A stretch of DNA of 63,510 nt, the filler included. It is 10 parts of 10 records of this genome, joined end to end, with 100 filler letters (N's around TTAATTAATTAA, not from the genome) between each part and the next. Parts side by side here need not be neighbours in the genome. Positions count along the whole stretch, not along the records: positions 19,761 to 28,120 come from SRR7504441_5492; positions 28,221 to 31,858 come from SRR7504441_5500; positions 31,959 to 35,537 come from SRR7504441_5502; positions 35,638 to 43,859 come from SRR7504441_5503; 6 more parts are not named here. One strand, given 5' to 3'. The position numbers were made by a program, and so were the translations under genes. The notes beneath the pieces were generated by a model, which saw only the letters and a list, made by a program, of their open reading frames with translations, was not told the origin of the DNA and made no database searches. Below, in pieces: positions 25,101 to 36,957 of the stretch (position 1 is the first letter of the stretch; each line of letters opens with the position of its first letter).

Positions 25101-27288
25101 ATCCAGTATGAGCGTATCTACCAGCTCGAGTCAAAGCTAGCCTTCCTGACTAAGTTCGACCCACGAAACGAGGAAAGCCCATGCAGTTGTCGGGAGGATG
25201 TCACAGCCGAGCAAGTGTCGGGAGCATATGCACTCATCAAGCGCTTTGTGAGACGCTGGGTGCTCCGGCGGAGGCTTTTGGCGGCGCAGCGCAGCACAGA
25301 CGGTTTCGACAAGCTTAAAAAGGCGGTCACGTCGGCCGAGAACTTCATCAAGCACATTTCGAATGTGAATGTGCAATATACTGAGTACATGCTCCAGCTG
25401 GACACTCACTACATGGAGAGCCTGCTGCCGATGTTTGCTCAGTGGGCTGGGACGGAAGTGGATCCTCACGGATGGAAGAACGAGATGTTTGTCGAGCTGC
25501 ACGAGGCCACACACGACCTATACATCGCTCAAAAGAAAATGAAGGACGACATGATGGCCGGATTGCAGGGCTGCGCGAACAACAACCAGGTAGTGATTGA
25601 GGGGCTGCACCACTATTTCCTGTCGCGCGAGATCATCTCCCGGTTCATGAACCGCTACCCGCCCATCCTCGAGCACATACGCTTGCTCAAGCGCATCCAC
25701 CCGTCCTGTGCCGAGACATTGGAGCGACTCGAGAAAACATCCGAGAGACGGCGGACATTGGACATGCTCTGCTTCCAAACGCTCCAGCGGATTGCAATGA
25801 TGCCTGAGAACGTCAAGGAGCTGGTCAAGAAGCTGGCTCCCACAGACTACTACGCCAAGAAACTGGCCCGCTGTCAGGAAGTCACGGTGGAGACCGGCCG
25901 ATGGCTCGACGAGCGCAATTCTTGGTACAATCGGCTGATCACGATGCAAGCGTCGATTGTGTCAGACTTTAATTATGTGTTTGAGGGCCGGCGGCTGCTC
26001 AAGGACGGGCCGCTCAGCATGGTCCACGCAGGCCGATCTGGCAAGCCGCTTTTATCCAAGTGTCAGCTGTTTCTGCTCACGGACTGCCTGCTCGTCTGTG
26101 AAGCGCACACGCACATGACTCCAGAGGTCAAGATTCTCCGACACTGCTTCCTCGAGCAGGCCGGCTGCGAGCCCGAGGAGATGACAACATTGCCAGAAGA
26201 AGCCGCCGAGCATGCAGACGAGGCCTGCGTCAGCGCAGATGAGCTGGCACTGGTGCTACGAAAGTTCTATGCCAGAAAGCAAAAGTCGCGTAGTCTGGAG
26301 GTAACAGGCCAGGGTCTGGGGTAGGGTGAGTTCAATATGCTCAGGTGATTGAGCGTGAGATTGCTTCATGTGTCGAGGCTCGGTTAGCTGCAGGCCAGCC
26401 ACCGCTGTGGACCAAGAACGGGACGCTCTGCTTCCGGGACGCCGTGACGCTGCTCCAGGGGCTGCAGCACCTGCACTTGGTGCTGGCTGGTGCCGGGAGC
26501 TGCTTGAGGCCGTGTAGGTACCAGCCAAGGCCAAGCAGAGCGAGGAAGCTGTGTATTTTGTCAAGCTGGTCAGATTTATGTAGATGAGAGACTGAGCCAG
26601 GCATGCAGGTCATACCAGTCATGCAGCCGGGGGCTGGGTCCCACCTAAGGGCCAAGGGGACGGCCAAGGATCCGCTCACAGTGAGAGTGTCTGGATGCAA
26701 CCGCAAGGTCGTGCTACAGGCTCCAGATAGTGTGACAGCAGAGGAATGGATCAAGTACCGTGCTGGCTTGCAGGCTGGGTCTAAGTATGGGTAGGGCGGT
26801 CAACTCGGCTTCGATGGCGAATCAAGTAATGATGGAGCGTAGAGAGTTCGAGAAAAAAGTGATACAACAGCGGGAAGAGTGGCTGAGTGACACACACTCA
26901 CACCCTATGCTCCAGGTGAACCCTCAGTGCGCCGAGAGACTCAGCCAGGCTGGGCTAGGTGGGCAGCCACCTCAAAGTCAAAGGGACCAGCCAGCGCTGG
27001 GGCACAACTAATTATACAGTCACGGTCCTGGAGGTGCCTTGATGTCATGGGCTACTTTGTGAATGCCTCCCTCATTGACAGGTGGAGGATGATGGAGCGG
27101 TGCGGGTGCAGTATGAAGATGGTGGGGTCAAGCGATTCACACCATCGGAGCTCCACGACGTTCTCCAAGTGGGAGAAAGCGGTGGGATAGACGTTGATAC
27201 TCAACATCATGAGATTGAGCTAGAAGAGGGACAAGACAACCTCAATTTTGTGGGTCGACTAAGGGACAGCATTGCGGTTCACAACTGA
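22170..27288 (+). CDS. Large multidomain signalling protein: coiled coil-PX-EF-hands-IQ-like-DH(RhoGEF)-like-PH-PH
   Basis: Exons joinable in frame by ~40-nt introns. PX (YVIQC…VHRSYDQF..MH..L…LPDIP…VVEER); EF loops DTNKDGKLDLQE and DFDGDGMVDQVE; DH-like (TEYMLQL…LQRI); PH (RRLLKDGPL…LFLLTDCLLV; LQAPDSVTAEEWIK). Confidence 0.75.
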
Positions 27289-27450
27289 GGAATTCAATGT
27301 AATGGCCATGGTCATAAAAGTATCTAGAAGAGTTAGTATAGTTATATTTAATGTGCACTCGCAAAGAATTTAGATACTGCAAGTCGACTCGTCGTCGATT
27401 CGTCAAGCACCATTTGTCGATGAGCGTGCATGTGCATCGCCATACACAAG

Positions 27451-28120
27451 CTACCAAGAAGGTATCTCCGCTGCTAAAAGCCCGAGTGAGTGCGTAGCAC
27501 TCTCTATTTTTCGATCCTCATCCTTCCTAGCTTTTTTCTTCACAGCACCATCATCATCCCCCAGTTTGTGATACCTCTCCTTGGCAAGAGTGAGCCTGGC
27601 AAGAGATTCTTTGAATTCAGCATCCAGCGATTTGACAGAGTTCTTGCTCTTCCCCACTTTTTCTTTGTATGTGGCAACATGTTGGCGAATGCTAGACTTG
27701 TCATCCAGCTTAGCATTTTTCAGATTCTCCTCACCAGCAGCATAGTGGCCAGAGCTTTCAGCGAGTTTCTTCTTTGCTTCCACCTCTTTGAATTTGAGCA
27801 CCTCAAAACGAGTCTCCTCAGTTTTATACTTGCCCAGGGCAATGCGCTCTGCGTCTTTGGCCATCTTCTCCCTAGCCTGTGTGACGAAGTCTTTGTCCTT
27901 CTGTCGCTGATCCATGGTTTTCTTGTGTGTGGCCTTCATGTCGCTTTCGGCTGCAGACTCCTCGCCAATCAACTTGTTGATCTGCTTCTTCTTCTTCACC
28001 TCCTTTGTGTGCCTGAACTCTGCCTCCTTGACAACTTCCTGGAGCTTGGAATGAGTGGTCCTGATTGTCAGCTTTGCAGCGTCCTGAGCCTCTGCACTTG
28101 CTTTCTGTTTCTCGCTTTCC
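27451..28120 (-). CDS. K/E-rich coiled-coil protein, 3' part (5' truncated)
   Basis: Open frame from the contig edge to the stop at 27451. Confidence 0.65.
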
Positions 28121-28220
28121 NNNNNNNNNNNNNNNNNNNNNNNNNNNNNNNNNNNNNNNNNNNNTTAATTAATTAANNNNNNNNNNNNNNNNNNNNNNNN
28201 NNNNNNNNNNNNNNNNNNNN
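28121..28220. other. Artificial contig linker
   Basis: N44-TTAATTAATTAA-N44. Confidence 0.98.
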
Positions 28221-28272
28221 AGGTATATAATAAACAATATTTCTACGGCTCGGCTCAGCTGGAGTGCTGGAC

Positions 28273-29472
28273 ATGGCAGCCCAGACTGTTCCGAAGTTCT
28301 GGAGCAAGTTGGGCGCGGCGCAGGCGCACAAGGTGGTGCCCCGTGTGGTCAGCTCGGGCCAGGGCTCGCACCTCAAGATTGACGGCAAGCCGTACCTCAA
28401 CTTTTGCTCCAGCCACTACCTCGGATTCGCCGAAGAGCCCCGGCTCAAGAGAGCGGCCCAGGAGGCGATCGAGAAGTACGGGATGGGGACCGGCTACCGG
28501 ACGCTCACCGGCACACACGCGCTGCACGTGGAGCTCGAGGACGCGATCGCCAAGTTCAAGGGCACTGAGGCGGCCGTGTGCTTCTCCAGCGCATACGCCG
28601 CCAACGCGTCGGCCGTGCAGACCATCCTGGGCAAAGACGACATCGTGGTGAGCGACCAGCTGAACCACGCGTCAATCATCGACGCGGTGCGGGTGGCCGG
28701 CGTGAAGAACAAGTTTGCGTACGCCCATTCGGATATGGGAGACCTGGAGTCAAAGCTGCAGGCGGCGTCCGAGCTGCAGAAGACACCAAAGCCGAACGGA
28801 GAGCACCCGCTCATCCTCATCATTACTGACGGCGTGTTCTCGATGGATGGGGATCTAGCTCCGCTGCCTGATATCGTGAATCTAGCAAAAAAGTATGACG
28901 CGCTCACAATGGTGGACGACGCACACGGCGAAGGCGTGCTGGGCAAGGGCGGCCGGGGGCTCGTAAACCATTTTGGGCTGGAGGGCGAAGTAGACATTGA
29001 GATCGGCAGCCTGTCCAAGGCCTTCTCTGTGATGGGCGGGTTCATCGCTGCTAAGCAACCGCTTGTGGACTGCTACCTGATGCAGGCGCGGCAGCGGCTC
29101 TTCTCGATTGCGCTGACCATCCCAGACACGGCAGCGCTGCTCGAGGCGGTGACTATGCTGGGCGAGTCGGAGCATCTGGTCCAGAGGCTCTGGGGGAACG
29201 TGGACTATCTGCGCAAGGGATTCACGGATCTTGGGTTTGATATTGGCCATTCCGAGACTCCGATCATTCCCATCATGCTCGGGGACGAAGAGAAGGCCAG
29301 GGCATTCAGCGCCAGGCTGTTCGAGGAGGGCGTGTTTGCCTCGGCCATCTGCTTCCCGATGGTTCCCAAGGGCACCGCTAGGGTACGTGTGATTGTTTCG
29401 GCTAGCTTTAGCCAAGATGATTGCGATGCCGGCTTAGCAGCATTCCGAAAGGTCGCAGCGGAGCTCGCCTAA
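28273..29472 (+). CDS. Alpha-oxoamine synthase (glycine C-acetyltransferase Kbl / BioF-like), intronless
   Basis: NFCSSHYLG, SDQLNHASIIDA, ITDGVFSMDGD, VDDAHGEG, PLP lysine in SLSKAF, FPMVPKGTARVR. Confidence 0.93.
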   Translation: MAAQTVPKFWSKLGAAQAHKVVPRVVSSGQGSHLKIDGKPYLNFCSSHYLGFAEEPRLKRAAQEAIEKYGMGTGYRTLTGTHALHVELEDAIAKFKGTEAAVCFSSAYAANASAVQTILGKDDIVVSDQLNHASIIDAVRVAGVKNKFAYAHSDMGDLESKLQAASELQKTPKPNGEHPLILIITDGVFSMDGDLAPLPDIVNLAKKYDALTMVDDAHGEGVLGKGGRGLVNHFGLEGEVDIEIGSLSKAFSVMGGFIAAKQPLVDCYLMQARQRLFSIALTIPDTAALLEAVTMLGESEHLVQRLWGNVDYLRKGFTDLGFDIGHSETPIIPIMLGDEEKARAFSARLFEEGVFASAICFPMVPKGTARVRVIVSASFSQDDCDAGLAAFRKVAAELA

Positions 29473-29651
29473 ACCTGGACATCAATCACTCGCCTCGATC
29501 TCGACCTCGGTTGCAACTTTATATCACAGTCGTGTTATGTTTATGAGAATTATATCATTCTAAATCAGTCAGTACTAAATCAGTAATTTATGAATCAGAT
29601 TTCAAAAGCTGCCGTAATGTTCCAAGGATAATACGCAGATATAGCGTAGAC

Positions 29652-31559
29652 TCATTTGACAGCCCGCTTATCTAGCAACGACCTTGGTGCTTGATGGTGT
29701 TCTGTCCGATTGTCTCGATTAAATGTTGGAAGAGGTGTCTCAGTCGGCCAAAAGTCTCGCTCTTTATGCTCAAGCCCGAGACAGCAAGCTACTCGCAACC
29801 CCAAAGCGCAACCGCCCCACAGAACTGAGAGCACCTGTGCAGCCTCTAATGAGGGCAACGAAACGCAATGAACACACCGCTATGCAGCTTCGGAGCTGTT
29901 GTTTGGCCCCGGCATCCACAGCCGCGATCGATGCAAGAAGTGCTCCTAAGAGCTGACCCATGCAGCACACCCCAATCACTAGGCCAATAATCGTCCCAGG
30001 CCTGCCCCAAGCCTAGTCAGACAATCCGATTCTCCAGCTCACATCATGTGCCGCTCCAGCGAGGCAAACGTAGACGCGATGCTAAACGTGAGCGCCAACC
30101 CCGAAGCCAAGCCAGCCACTGGCATGAACCCGAGCAGCAGTGGGAGCGGCGCGGAGACCAGCCAGAGTGTGCCACCCGCTGCGCTGGCCAGCCCGAAGCT
30201 CATGGCGAGCAGCACCGGCAGAGAAAGCAACCCCCGGGTCCTGCCAGCATGCTGGTGAGCACTGCAACACAAATGGCGCACCACTGTGACACCAGCCAAG
30301 CTGCGCTGGCCGCCGCCGCCAGTGCAGTCGAGCTGGCGACCGCTAAGAACGGCAGCCCGGCCTGCACGACTATAGCACACATGGCTGAACCTGCAGCACT
30401 CGCAACAGCCATTGCGACTGGAGCTCGGTGAGGCTTGGCCCACAGCAGGTTGCTCACCGCAATCCAGGAGGACCGTGGGCCGGCGGAGCAAGCTCGACAC
30501 CCCTGCGCAGCTGCCGATCGACTCAGGTTGCGGGAGGGGGAGTGGCAACCAAGGAGCAATCTCGGAGGGCGTGCGTTGGATCTGGTAAAGGCCCAGTATC
30601 CAGCTCATGAGCCCTGCCAACACGAGGCAGCCACAGCCTTGCAGCAGCTGCAGTGCCCGACTTGGGAGCTGGCCCCAGGCTCGGCGCCTGGTGTGGCAGT
30701 GCACGGCACCAGCTCACTAATCAACAGCCCGAGCGGCAGGCCGGCATACGCGCAGCTGCAGAGTACTCCAAACACCCGGCTGGCGTGCACAGGGTGCGCT
30801 ACCGTGGCGGCAGCCACCAGCGCCCCCAGTACCGCCATCACGCTCCCCGCCCCCTGCCTCCGCTAGCCGCACGGCCACCGGCTGCTGGACCGAGAGTAAT
30901 TCCGGGGAGAGCTCCGCTGGCTGCAGGGCGCAGCTCATCTTGCCGGCCCCGGCGAGCAGGAGCCCTGCCCCGGCGGCTGCGGCGCCAACTGATGGGCTTG
31001 CGCACCGGCTACAGCCATCCGACCGCAGCCGCCCGAGTCCGCTGCCCAGCAGGCCCCGGGGAGTACTAACACTGCCCCAGCCTCAGCCCGCCCCCCGCCA
31101 CCGGCAGGCCACCGCCCCCCGCTGCTCTGCAGGCGGTTCGAGCCATCTGGGGCGCCGCCGGCGTGGCGTACCTGCCGCCCGGTCTGCCCGCGCGGGCGTG
31201 GGTGGCACCCGGTGCCGACTAGCAGGACACATCCGGCCAGCACCACCATCCAGCCAGTCCAGAGCCCGGCGCGCGGGGAGGTGGACTGGAGCACCTCCAC
31301 CGTGCTCCAGCGGGGCGAGTCCCGCTCGGCAGGGGCACCCACCGGGAAGGCGGCCTCGACCACCTGCGCCGGGCTGAGAGGGCAGAGCCGGCGCCGACCC
31401 GGGTGCCTGGAGCGCTTGGGCGTATTGCCGCGAGCTGACCGGCGGCTGGCTGGGCACCTCGCCGCTGTTGAGCAGTCCGTATGAGCCCATCGAGCGCGGC
31501 CGGGTTCGGGTGGGTCGAACCATCCGCGGCTCCCCGGCGTCCTCCAGGCTACCGTACAT
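29652..31559 (-). CDS. Multi-exon polytopic membrane protein (transporter-like)
   Basis: ATG 31559; a hydrophilic N-terminus followed by many hydrophobic segments in ORFs 30935-31363, 30605-30841, 30039-30704, 30200-30559, 29770-29979 and 29652-29858. Confidence 0.55.
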
Positions 31560-31858
31560 CACACCGCTGACCGCACCGACCCTCGTGTGACCAACAAACG
31601 GATCTCGAACTTCGCAAAAAACGTTTGTTAGCAAGAACTCCAAGAAGCGCAAGGCTACTGAGGAGCTGGTGCCAGAGTAGCGAGGGTTTGCGTACATTCA
31701 CACGCGCTGTGCTACCCCCGTTGCACCCGTTGCGCTGAGCCGTATATAACAGTCTGTATAATTGAGTAATTAATTCATTCGTTAAAGGGATAATAGCGTG
31801 TTTCCCTGAGAGGGTTTACAAAGCCATTTCAACGCACGGCGAAAAAATTGTCAAAATC

Positions 31859-31958
31859 NNNNNNNNNNNNNNNNNNNNNNNNNNNNNNNNNNNNNNNNNN
31901 NNTTAATTAATTAANNNNNNNNNNNNNNNNNNNNNNNNNNNNNNNNNNNNNNNNNNNN
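31859..31958. other. Artificial contig linker
   Basis: N44-TTAATTAATTAA-N44. Confidence 0.98.
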
Positions 31959-33090
31959 CCTCTCCCTTGGTGGTGGTAGTGCTGCTCTGGCTCGGCTACA
32001 CGTGGAGCGCGCTGCTCCTAGCGCTGCTGATCTCGGCTGAGCAGCTCACAAAGGCCCGGCACAGCCCGCTGCTCTGCCGATTCTATCTGCAAATCGCCGG
32101 CTGCTTCCGCAAGGGCGTGACGCTGCACGTGGACGAAGCTGCGGTCGAAGCCATGCAGCAGAACGACGGTGCACTGCGCCCGGGCTCGCCCCTCACCCGC
32201 TGCCAGGTGCCATGTGGTGCATGCATCCGCACGGGACGTTCTTCGGATTCGGCTTCTCATTGAACGGCGCCATGCGGTGGAAGGCCATGCGCCCGGTGAG
32301 TGCACCCGGTCCGGAGCTAGTGCCGTCAGGCCGGGCAGGAGCACTATGAGAATCCGGATTGGTCTAAGCTGATGGATCCGAGCAGGCTGGAGCGGATGAG
32401 CGGGGTGATGGCCCCCCTCTTGTTCAAGGCGCTTCCGACCCGAATGCTGCGAGCTGACACAGGGCATTGGCAGATCCCGCTGGTCCGCTCATTCCTGTTC
32501 GGAGCAGGCTGCAGCACGCCAGCGACCAAGGCCGGGATGCACGGGCTAATGCGGCAGCGGGCCGATTTTGGGATTATAACAGGCGGCATGGAGGAAGTGG
32601 CGCTGTACAAGTATCGACATGAACGAGTCTTCATCCGGAAACGGGCTGGCTTTATAAAGTACGCATTGCAACATGGATACAAGCTGGTCTTATCGTATAC
32701 GTTTGGCGAGGCTGACACATATAAATCACTGCAGCTGGGAGGCCTTGCTATGTGAGCCCAGCCCGAGAGCCCCACCGGTGTGACTCTCTGCAGGTGGATC
32801 CAGAAGACCTTTGGGTTCATCGCCCCAGTAGGCCCGACCCCGCACCGGTGTGCTGATATAGATGCCTACAGGTGTTCTGGGGCCCGAATTGGATGCTGCC
32901 GTTTCTGCCTGATGATCGGGCCGAGATCCATACTGTGGTGGCTCACCCAATCCAGCTTCCGCGGATAGAGTCACCTTCGGAAGACGACGTGGCTAAGTGG
33001 CACCTCAAGTACATCGATGAGCTTCAGGCGTTGTACGATGAGTACAAGGGCAGATTCGGGCATGCAGATAGACCCCTGGAAGTGTTGTAG
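31959..33090 (+). CDS. DGAT2/MOGAT-family acyltransferase (5' truncated)
   Basis: HPHG motif (WCMHPHG), LFK|IPLVR, GGMEE, RKRAGFIKYALQHG, YTFGE, HLKYIDELQALYD. Confidence 0.9.
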
Positions 33091-33214
33091 CTATATCCTT
33101 TACTTTTTAATAACGTCTATAAATTCCACAGCTCGATCCGGATCGCGGAACAAGGGCAAGGTACATTGCATCGTCACCTACCGGTGAGGAATGAGCTCGA
33201 GAATGCACTCGAGA

Positions 33215-34581
33215 CTACACGTTCTTCTTGATTTGCACGTACAAGAAGTAGCACAGCAGCAGTACGCACACCACCACAACGGCGCACAGGAATATGATCA
33301 CACAGTGCACCTTGCCTTTGTTCCGGATTATCTCTAGATTCTTCATAACGTCCACCTTGAGCGTCTCAGTGCTTTTGACGATACTCGCGTTATTCGCGTC
33401 AATCCGGTCGTTCAGGTCATCCAAGTCCTGCAGATGCTCAGTCCAGCCCACCACCCGGCCACGCACGTTATTGATTGCTTCCTGCGAAGTCAGCTGCTCC
33501 TCTATCTGCGAGGTCTGTGAAGACTCCTCACTGTCCACCAGTCAGCCTTGGCTGAGCGTGCGGCATGCCTGTGGATCGCTTTGAGCTTGAGCAGCACCCG
33601 GCGGACCAGCTCGTCGGTCTTGTCCTCCACCAGCTCCAGCTGCCGCAGGATCGCAAGCAGCTCATTCCTCTCGCCTTCTCTCTGCATTGCATGTGAGCGA
33701 GTGCCAGCCGCTCCCGCCACACCTCTTCTTCAGGCAGCGCGTCGAGTGCCGGCGAGGTGTAGATGGCCTTGACTATCGTCTTGTACATCTGGGACCTCAC
33801 CACGTCTTGCCCTGCACCAAGGCTCACCCGGCCCCACGGCCAGCGCACGACCTTGGTTCTCGCGTCTCGCAGTCGCTTTCTCTATGATAGCAAGCACCCG
33901 GCCTGCGCCAGCATGAGCAGCCCGTGGCCCCCCAACGGCGCACCCTGGTCGTTCAGAAACACCCCAAAGTTCCGGTTGAGCGACTGGAGCGCCTCGCTGG
34001 CCCTCCCGAGCGTGTCCTTGTCTACTTTGATATCTTTCTTCAACGCTTCTAGCAGCTCCATATCCCGCTTCTTCTTCTCCTTGGTGGCCTCACTCTCGCT
34101 ATTCTGCCACCCCGCCGATCAGGCCATCCGGCCCGGCGCGCCAGGTACCCCTCCGAAGAAGCTGAACGCGTCTGCCACTTTGCTCGCCCCCCCGAGCACC
34201 GACTTGCGCTTGTCCATCCACGGCTCCTCGTCCCGCTTATCCACGTACTTGTAGCTACCCGGCAGCTCGGCAGGGCAAGCGGCGGGGGGCTCACAATTTG
34301 TCGTACGTGCGGAGCAGCCCGGTGAGCGCGTTGTCGTGGTCGGTCCGCTTCTTTGCCATCTCGGCCTTCATCTTCTTGCGTGAGTCGATGAGCTTCTTCT
34401 GGATGTCCAGGTATTCCTTGACCGACAGCTCGTTGTCCTCCACGTACTTGAGGTTGTGGTCAATCTTCTCGTTGGACCCGAACCAGTTGGAGAAGAAGCC
34501 AGACTCCGGCTCGTCCACCTCGATGCTATCCATGGGCACATTGGTGTGGCTGCTGCTCACCGCCTCATAGTCTGACGACAT
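33215..34581 (-). CDS. Tail-anchored coiled-coil protein, SNARE-like
   Basis: Helical N-terminal region, juxtamembrane heptads (LDDLNDRIDANNASI) and a single C-terminal TM. Confidence 0.6.
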
Positions 34582-34819
34582 CCGGCCGGCACACCAACCG
34601 ACCCGCCGCCGCTACCCCCGCTCGCCCCTCCCCCGACACAAGACCGTCGACTCGGCGGACTGCGGCGCGCCCTGCAGCTGGCCAGCGCCCAAAGGCAATG
34701 TGACGCTATGAGAGATTTCCGTTGTTGACGACCGGCCGCCCGGAGGCCTGCACCGCCAGCCCAGCGCTGGCAAGCAGGCTCGGCAGGGAGGCCGTCTCGG
34801 CCCTGTGTGTGGCGTGGTA

Positions 34820-35518
34820 ATGCTGGCGCCGAGAGGCTCGAAGAAACTGGCGATTCCCCTGCTCGTGGCCGCACTGTTCGCGGTGTCGGCGCTGTCGCTC
34901 GTGCTGTTCTACCACGTCAGCAAACCGATCGATGAGAGGCTCAACGTAGTCTCCACACACTCGAAGCCGCCCAAGTCACTGACACGAGATCCGAGAGTCA
35001 AGGTCACAGCTGACACGAGGGGCAACCTCGGCCCGGCCTCGGTGGTGGTTCAGGACCCGCCAGGCACGGATTGGATCAAAGACCGTTGGCAAGCGGCGAG
35101 CGACATGGGTGGAACGGCCATCCCTGGGTCTCACTGGCTGCTCATCGACCTGGGTAGACCAGTGAGGGCCACGAGGGCCATTCTCGATTGGGAAGCAGCC
35201 CATGCGGATGACTACCGCCTAGAGGTTCGCTCCGAGCCGTCTGCGCCGTGGAGGGTCCTATTTGACGGCTCAATGGATAAGGCGGCGGGGCAACATAAAC
35301 GGACAGCGAGGAGGCAGGGGAAGAGTCCCGCCGTAGCCTACGCCAAAATCGACCCGGACACCCCGCTGCACGTGATTCACTCCATCGAGCTCACCGAGTC
35401 CGCGTCCTTTCGTGAGATGAGGGTGGCCATAGACAAGCCTGCAGTGGGCTGGGGCGTCTCGTTATGGCAGGTCGATCTATACGCCAGCTGCCCGGGGGCG
35501 AGCTACGGGTGCAGCTGA
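34820..35518 (+). CDS. F5/8 type C (discoidin/CBM32-like) domain protein with an N-terminal signal anchor, intronless
   Basis: WLLIDLG, LDWEAAHADDY, WGVSLWQV; N-terminal TM. Confidence 0.8.
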   Translation: MLAPRGSKKLAIPLLVAALFAVSALSLVLFYHVSKPIDERLNVVSTHSKPPKSLTRDPRVKVTADTRGNLGPASVVVQDPPGTDWIKDRWQAASDMGGTAIPGSHWLLIDLGRPVRATRAILDWEAAHADDYRLEVRSEPSAPWRVLFDGSMDKAAGQHKRTARRQGKSPAVAYAKIDPDTPLHVIHSIELTESASFREMRVAIDKPAVGWGVSLWQVDLYASCPGASYGCS

Positions 35519-35537
35519 CGCAGGCCGGGGCGGGATC

Positions 35538-35637
35538 NNNNNNNNNNNNNNNNNNNNNNNNNNNNNNNNNNNNNNNNNNNNTTAATTAATTAANNNNNNN
35601 NNNNNNNNNNNNNNNNNNNNNNNNNNNNNNNNNNNNN
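35538..35637. other. Artificial contig linker
   Basis: N44-TTAATTAATTAA-N44. Confidence 0.98.
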
Positions 35638-36774
35638 GCGGAGGTGATCAAGGTGGAGAGCCCTCAGGGTTAGGGTTAGGGTTAGGGTTAGGTGGAGAGC
35701 CCTCAGGGGGACATGTGGCGCCAGGAGGCGATGCGGCTCACCCCGAACGAGCCGCACGGGCCGATGTTTGACAACGCCAACAGGGGCAAGAAGTCGGTGG
35801 TGCTCGACCTGAAGCGGCCAGACCAGCGGGAGCTGTTCGGACGGCTGCTCGACACGGCCGACGTGTTTGTGACCAACATCACCCGGCCGGCGCTCCGGCG
35901 ACTCGGACTGGACTACGAACAGCTGGCCCCGGCGCACCCGCGGCTGGTCTACGCCCACCTGACCGCCTGGGGCCGGACCGGACCGCAGGCGGCCGCCCCG
36001 GGGTACGACGTGGGCGCCTGGTGGGCCGCCTCCGGGATCATGGACTTTGTGCGCTCGGACGAGACGGCGGGTCCCCCGCGGTACATGGCCGGGATGGGTG
36101 ACCTGACCACCGCATCCCAGCTGGTGGCCGGGATCGCGCTCGGGCTGCTGCACCAGCACCGGACCGGCCGGGGCCAGCTGGTGGACGCCTGCTTGCTTCG
36201 GTCGGCCATGTACGTCCAGGGATGCGCGCTCACGATGGCAAGTGTGGCCCAAACCAAGTCCGGACTGCACGGGTTCGACCCGAACCGGCCCAGCCCGATC
36301 CGGGCCGACCGCAGCGGGGTGTACAACCCGGGGATGAACAGCTACCGGACCAAGGACGGCCGGTGGCTGATGCTGGTCGGAGTCCAGATGAACAGGCACT
36401 TGCCCAACACGCTAAAGGCGATTGGGCTGCCCGAGCTGATCCCCGAGCTAAAGCAGTACCCCAAGAACCGCCGGGAACTGATCGCCAAGATGGACCAGGC
36501 GTTCGCTCGTAAGACCGAGCCCGAGTGGCGCCGGGTGCTGGACGCGGCCGGAGTGTGGTACACCCCAGTGACTAAGATGGAGGACATGCTGGCTGATCCG
36601 CAGGCCGAGGCCTGTCGCGCGTTCGTCAAGGTGCCCGGTGTGGGCTCCAAGCTGGTCTCGTCGCCAGTGCTGTTCAGTGGTAGCCGGGACGCCCCGGTCA
36701 ACCGGGCGCCAACGCTGGGGGCGGACACCGAGGAGGTGCTGGCCCCGCTCCGAGGCCCACGCTCCAAGCTCTAG
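35638..36774 (+). CDS. CoA-transferase family III (CaiB/BaiF), 5' truncated; C-terminal PTS1 (SKL)
   Basis: AEVIKVESPQGD (after removing intron 35653-35691), NRGKKSVVLDLK, ADVFVTN, PGYD, GDL, RTGRGQLVD, APTLGADT; ends -RSKL. Confidence 0.92.
35653..35691 (+). repeat. 39-nt GT-AG intron containing (TTAGGG)n telomeric repeats, flanked by a 19-bp direct repeat
   Basis: AGGTGGAGAGCCCTCAGGG at 35651-35669 and 35690-35708, with TTAGGGTTAGGGTTAGGGTT between; in-frame TAG if unspliced. Confidence 0.85.
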
Positions 36775-36957
36775 GCTATCAACTGGTCCTCACATTCAGC
36801 TCACATGAGTAGACTTATATACTCTAGACAGCGATGATATATTAAAGACGAGCCACGAACTCGTCTCTCTCTCTTTCCCTCCCCAGCCACCTCATGAACC
36901 TCAGCTCAATAACATTGGGTGTCCGGCACCACGCCGCCGCACTGCAGCGCTTCATCG

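Noticed and set aside
28273-29472. Bacterial contaminant contig
   Set aside because: The same contig carries an intron-containing gene and eukaryote-style AT-rich spacers; kept only as an HGT candidate
35668-35691. TTAGGG repeats as a true chromosome end
   Set aside because: Only about four units, embedded within coding sequence with gene sequence on both sides
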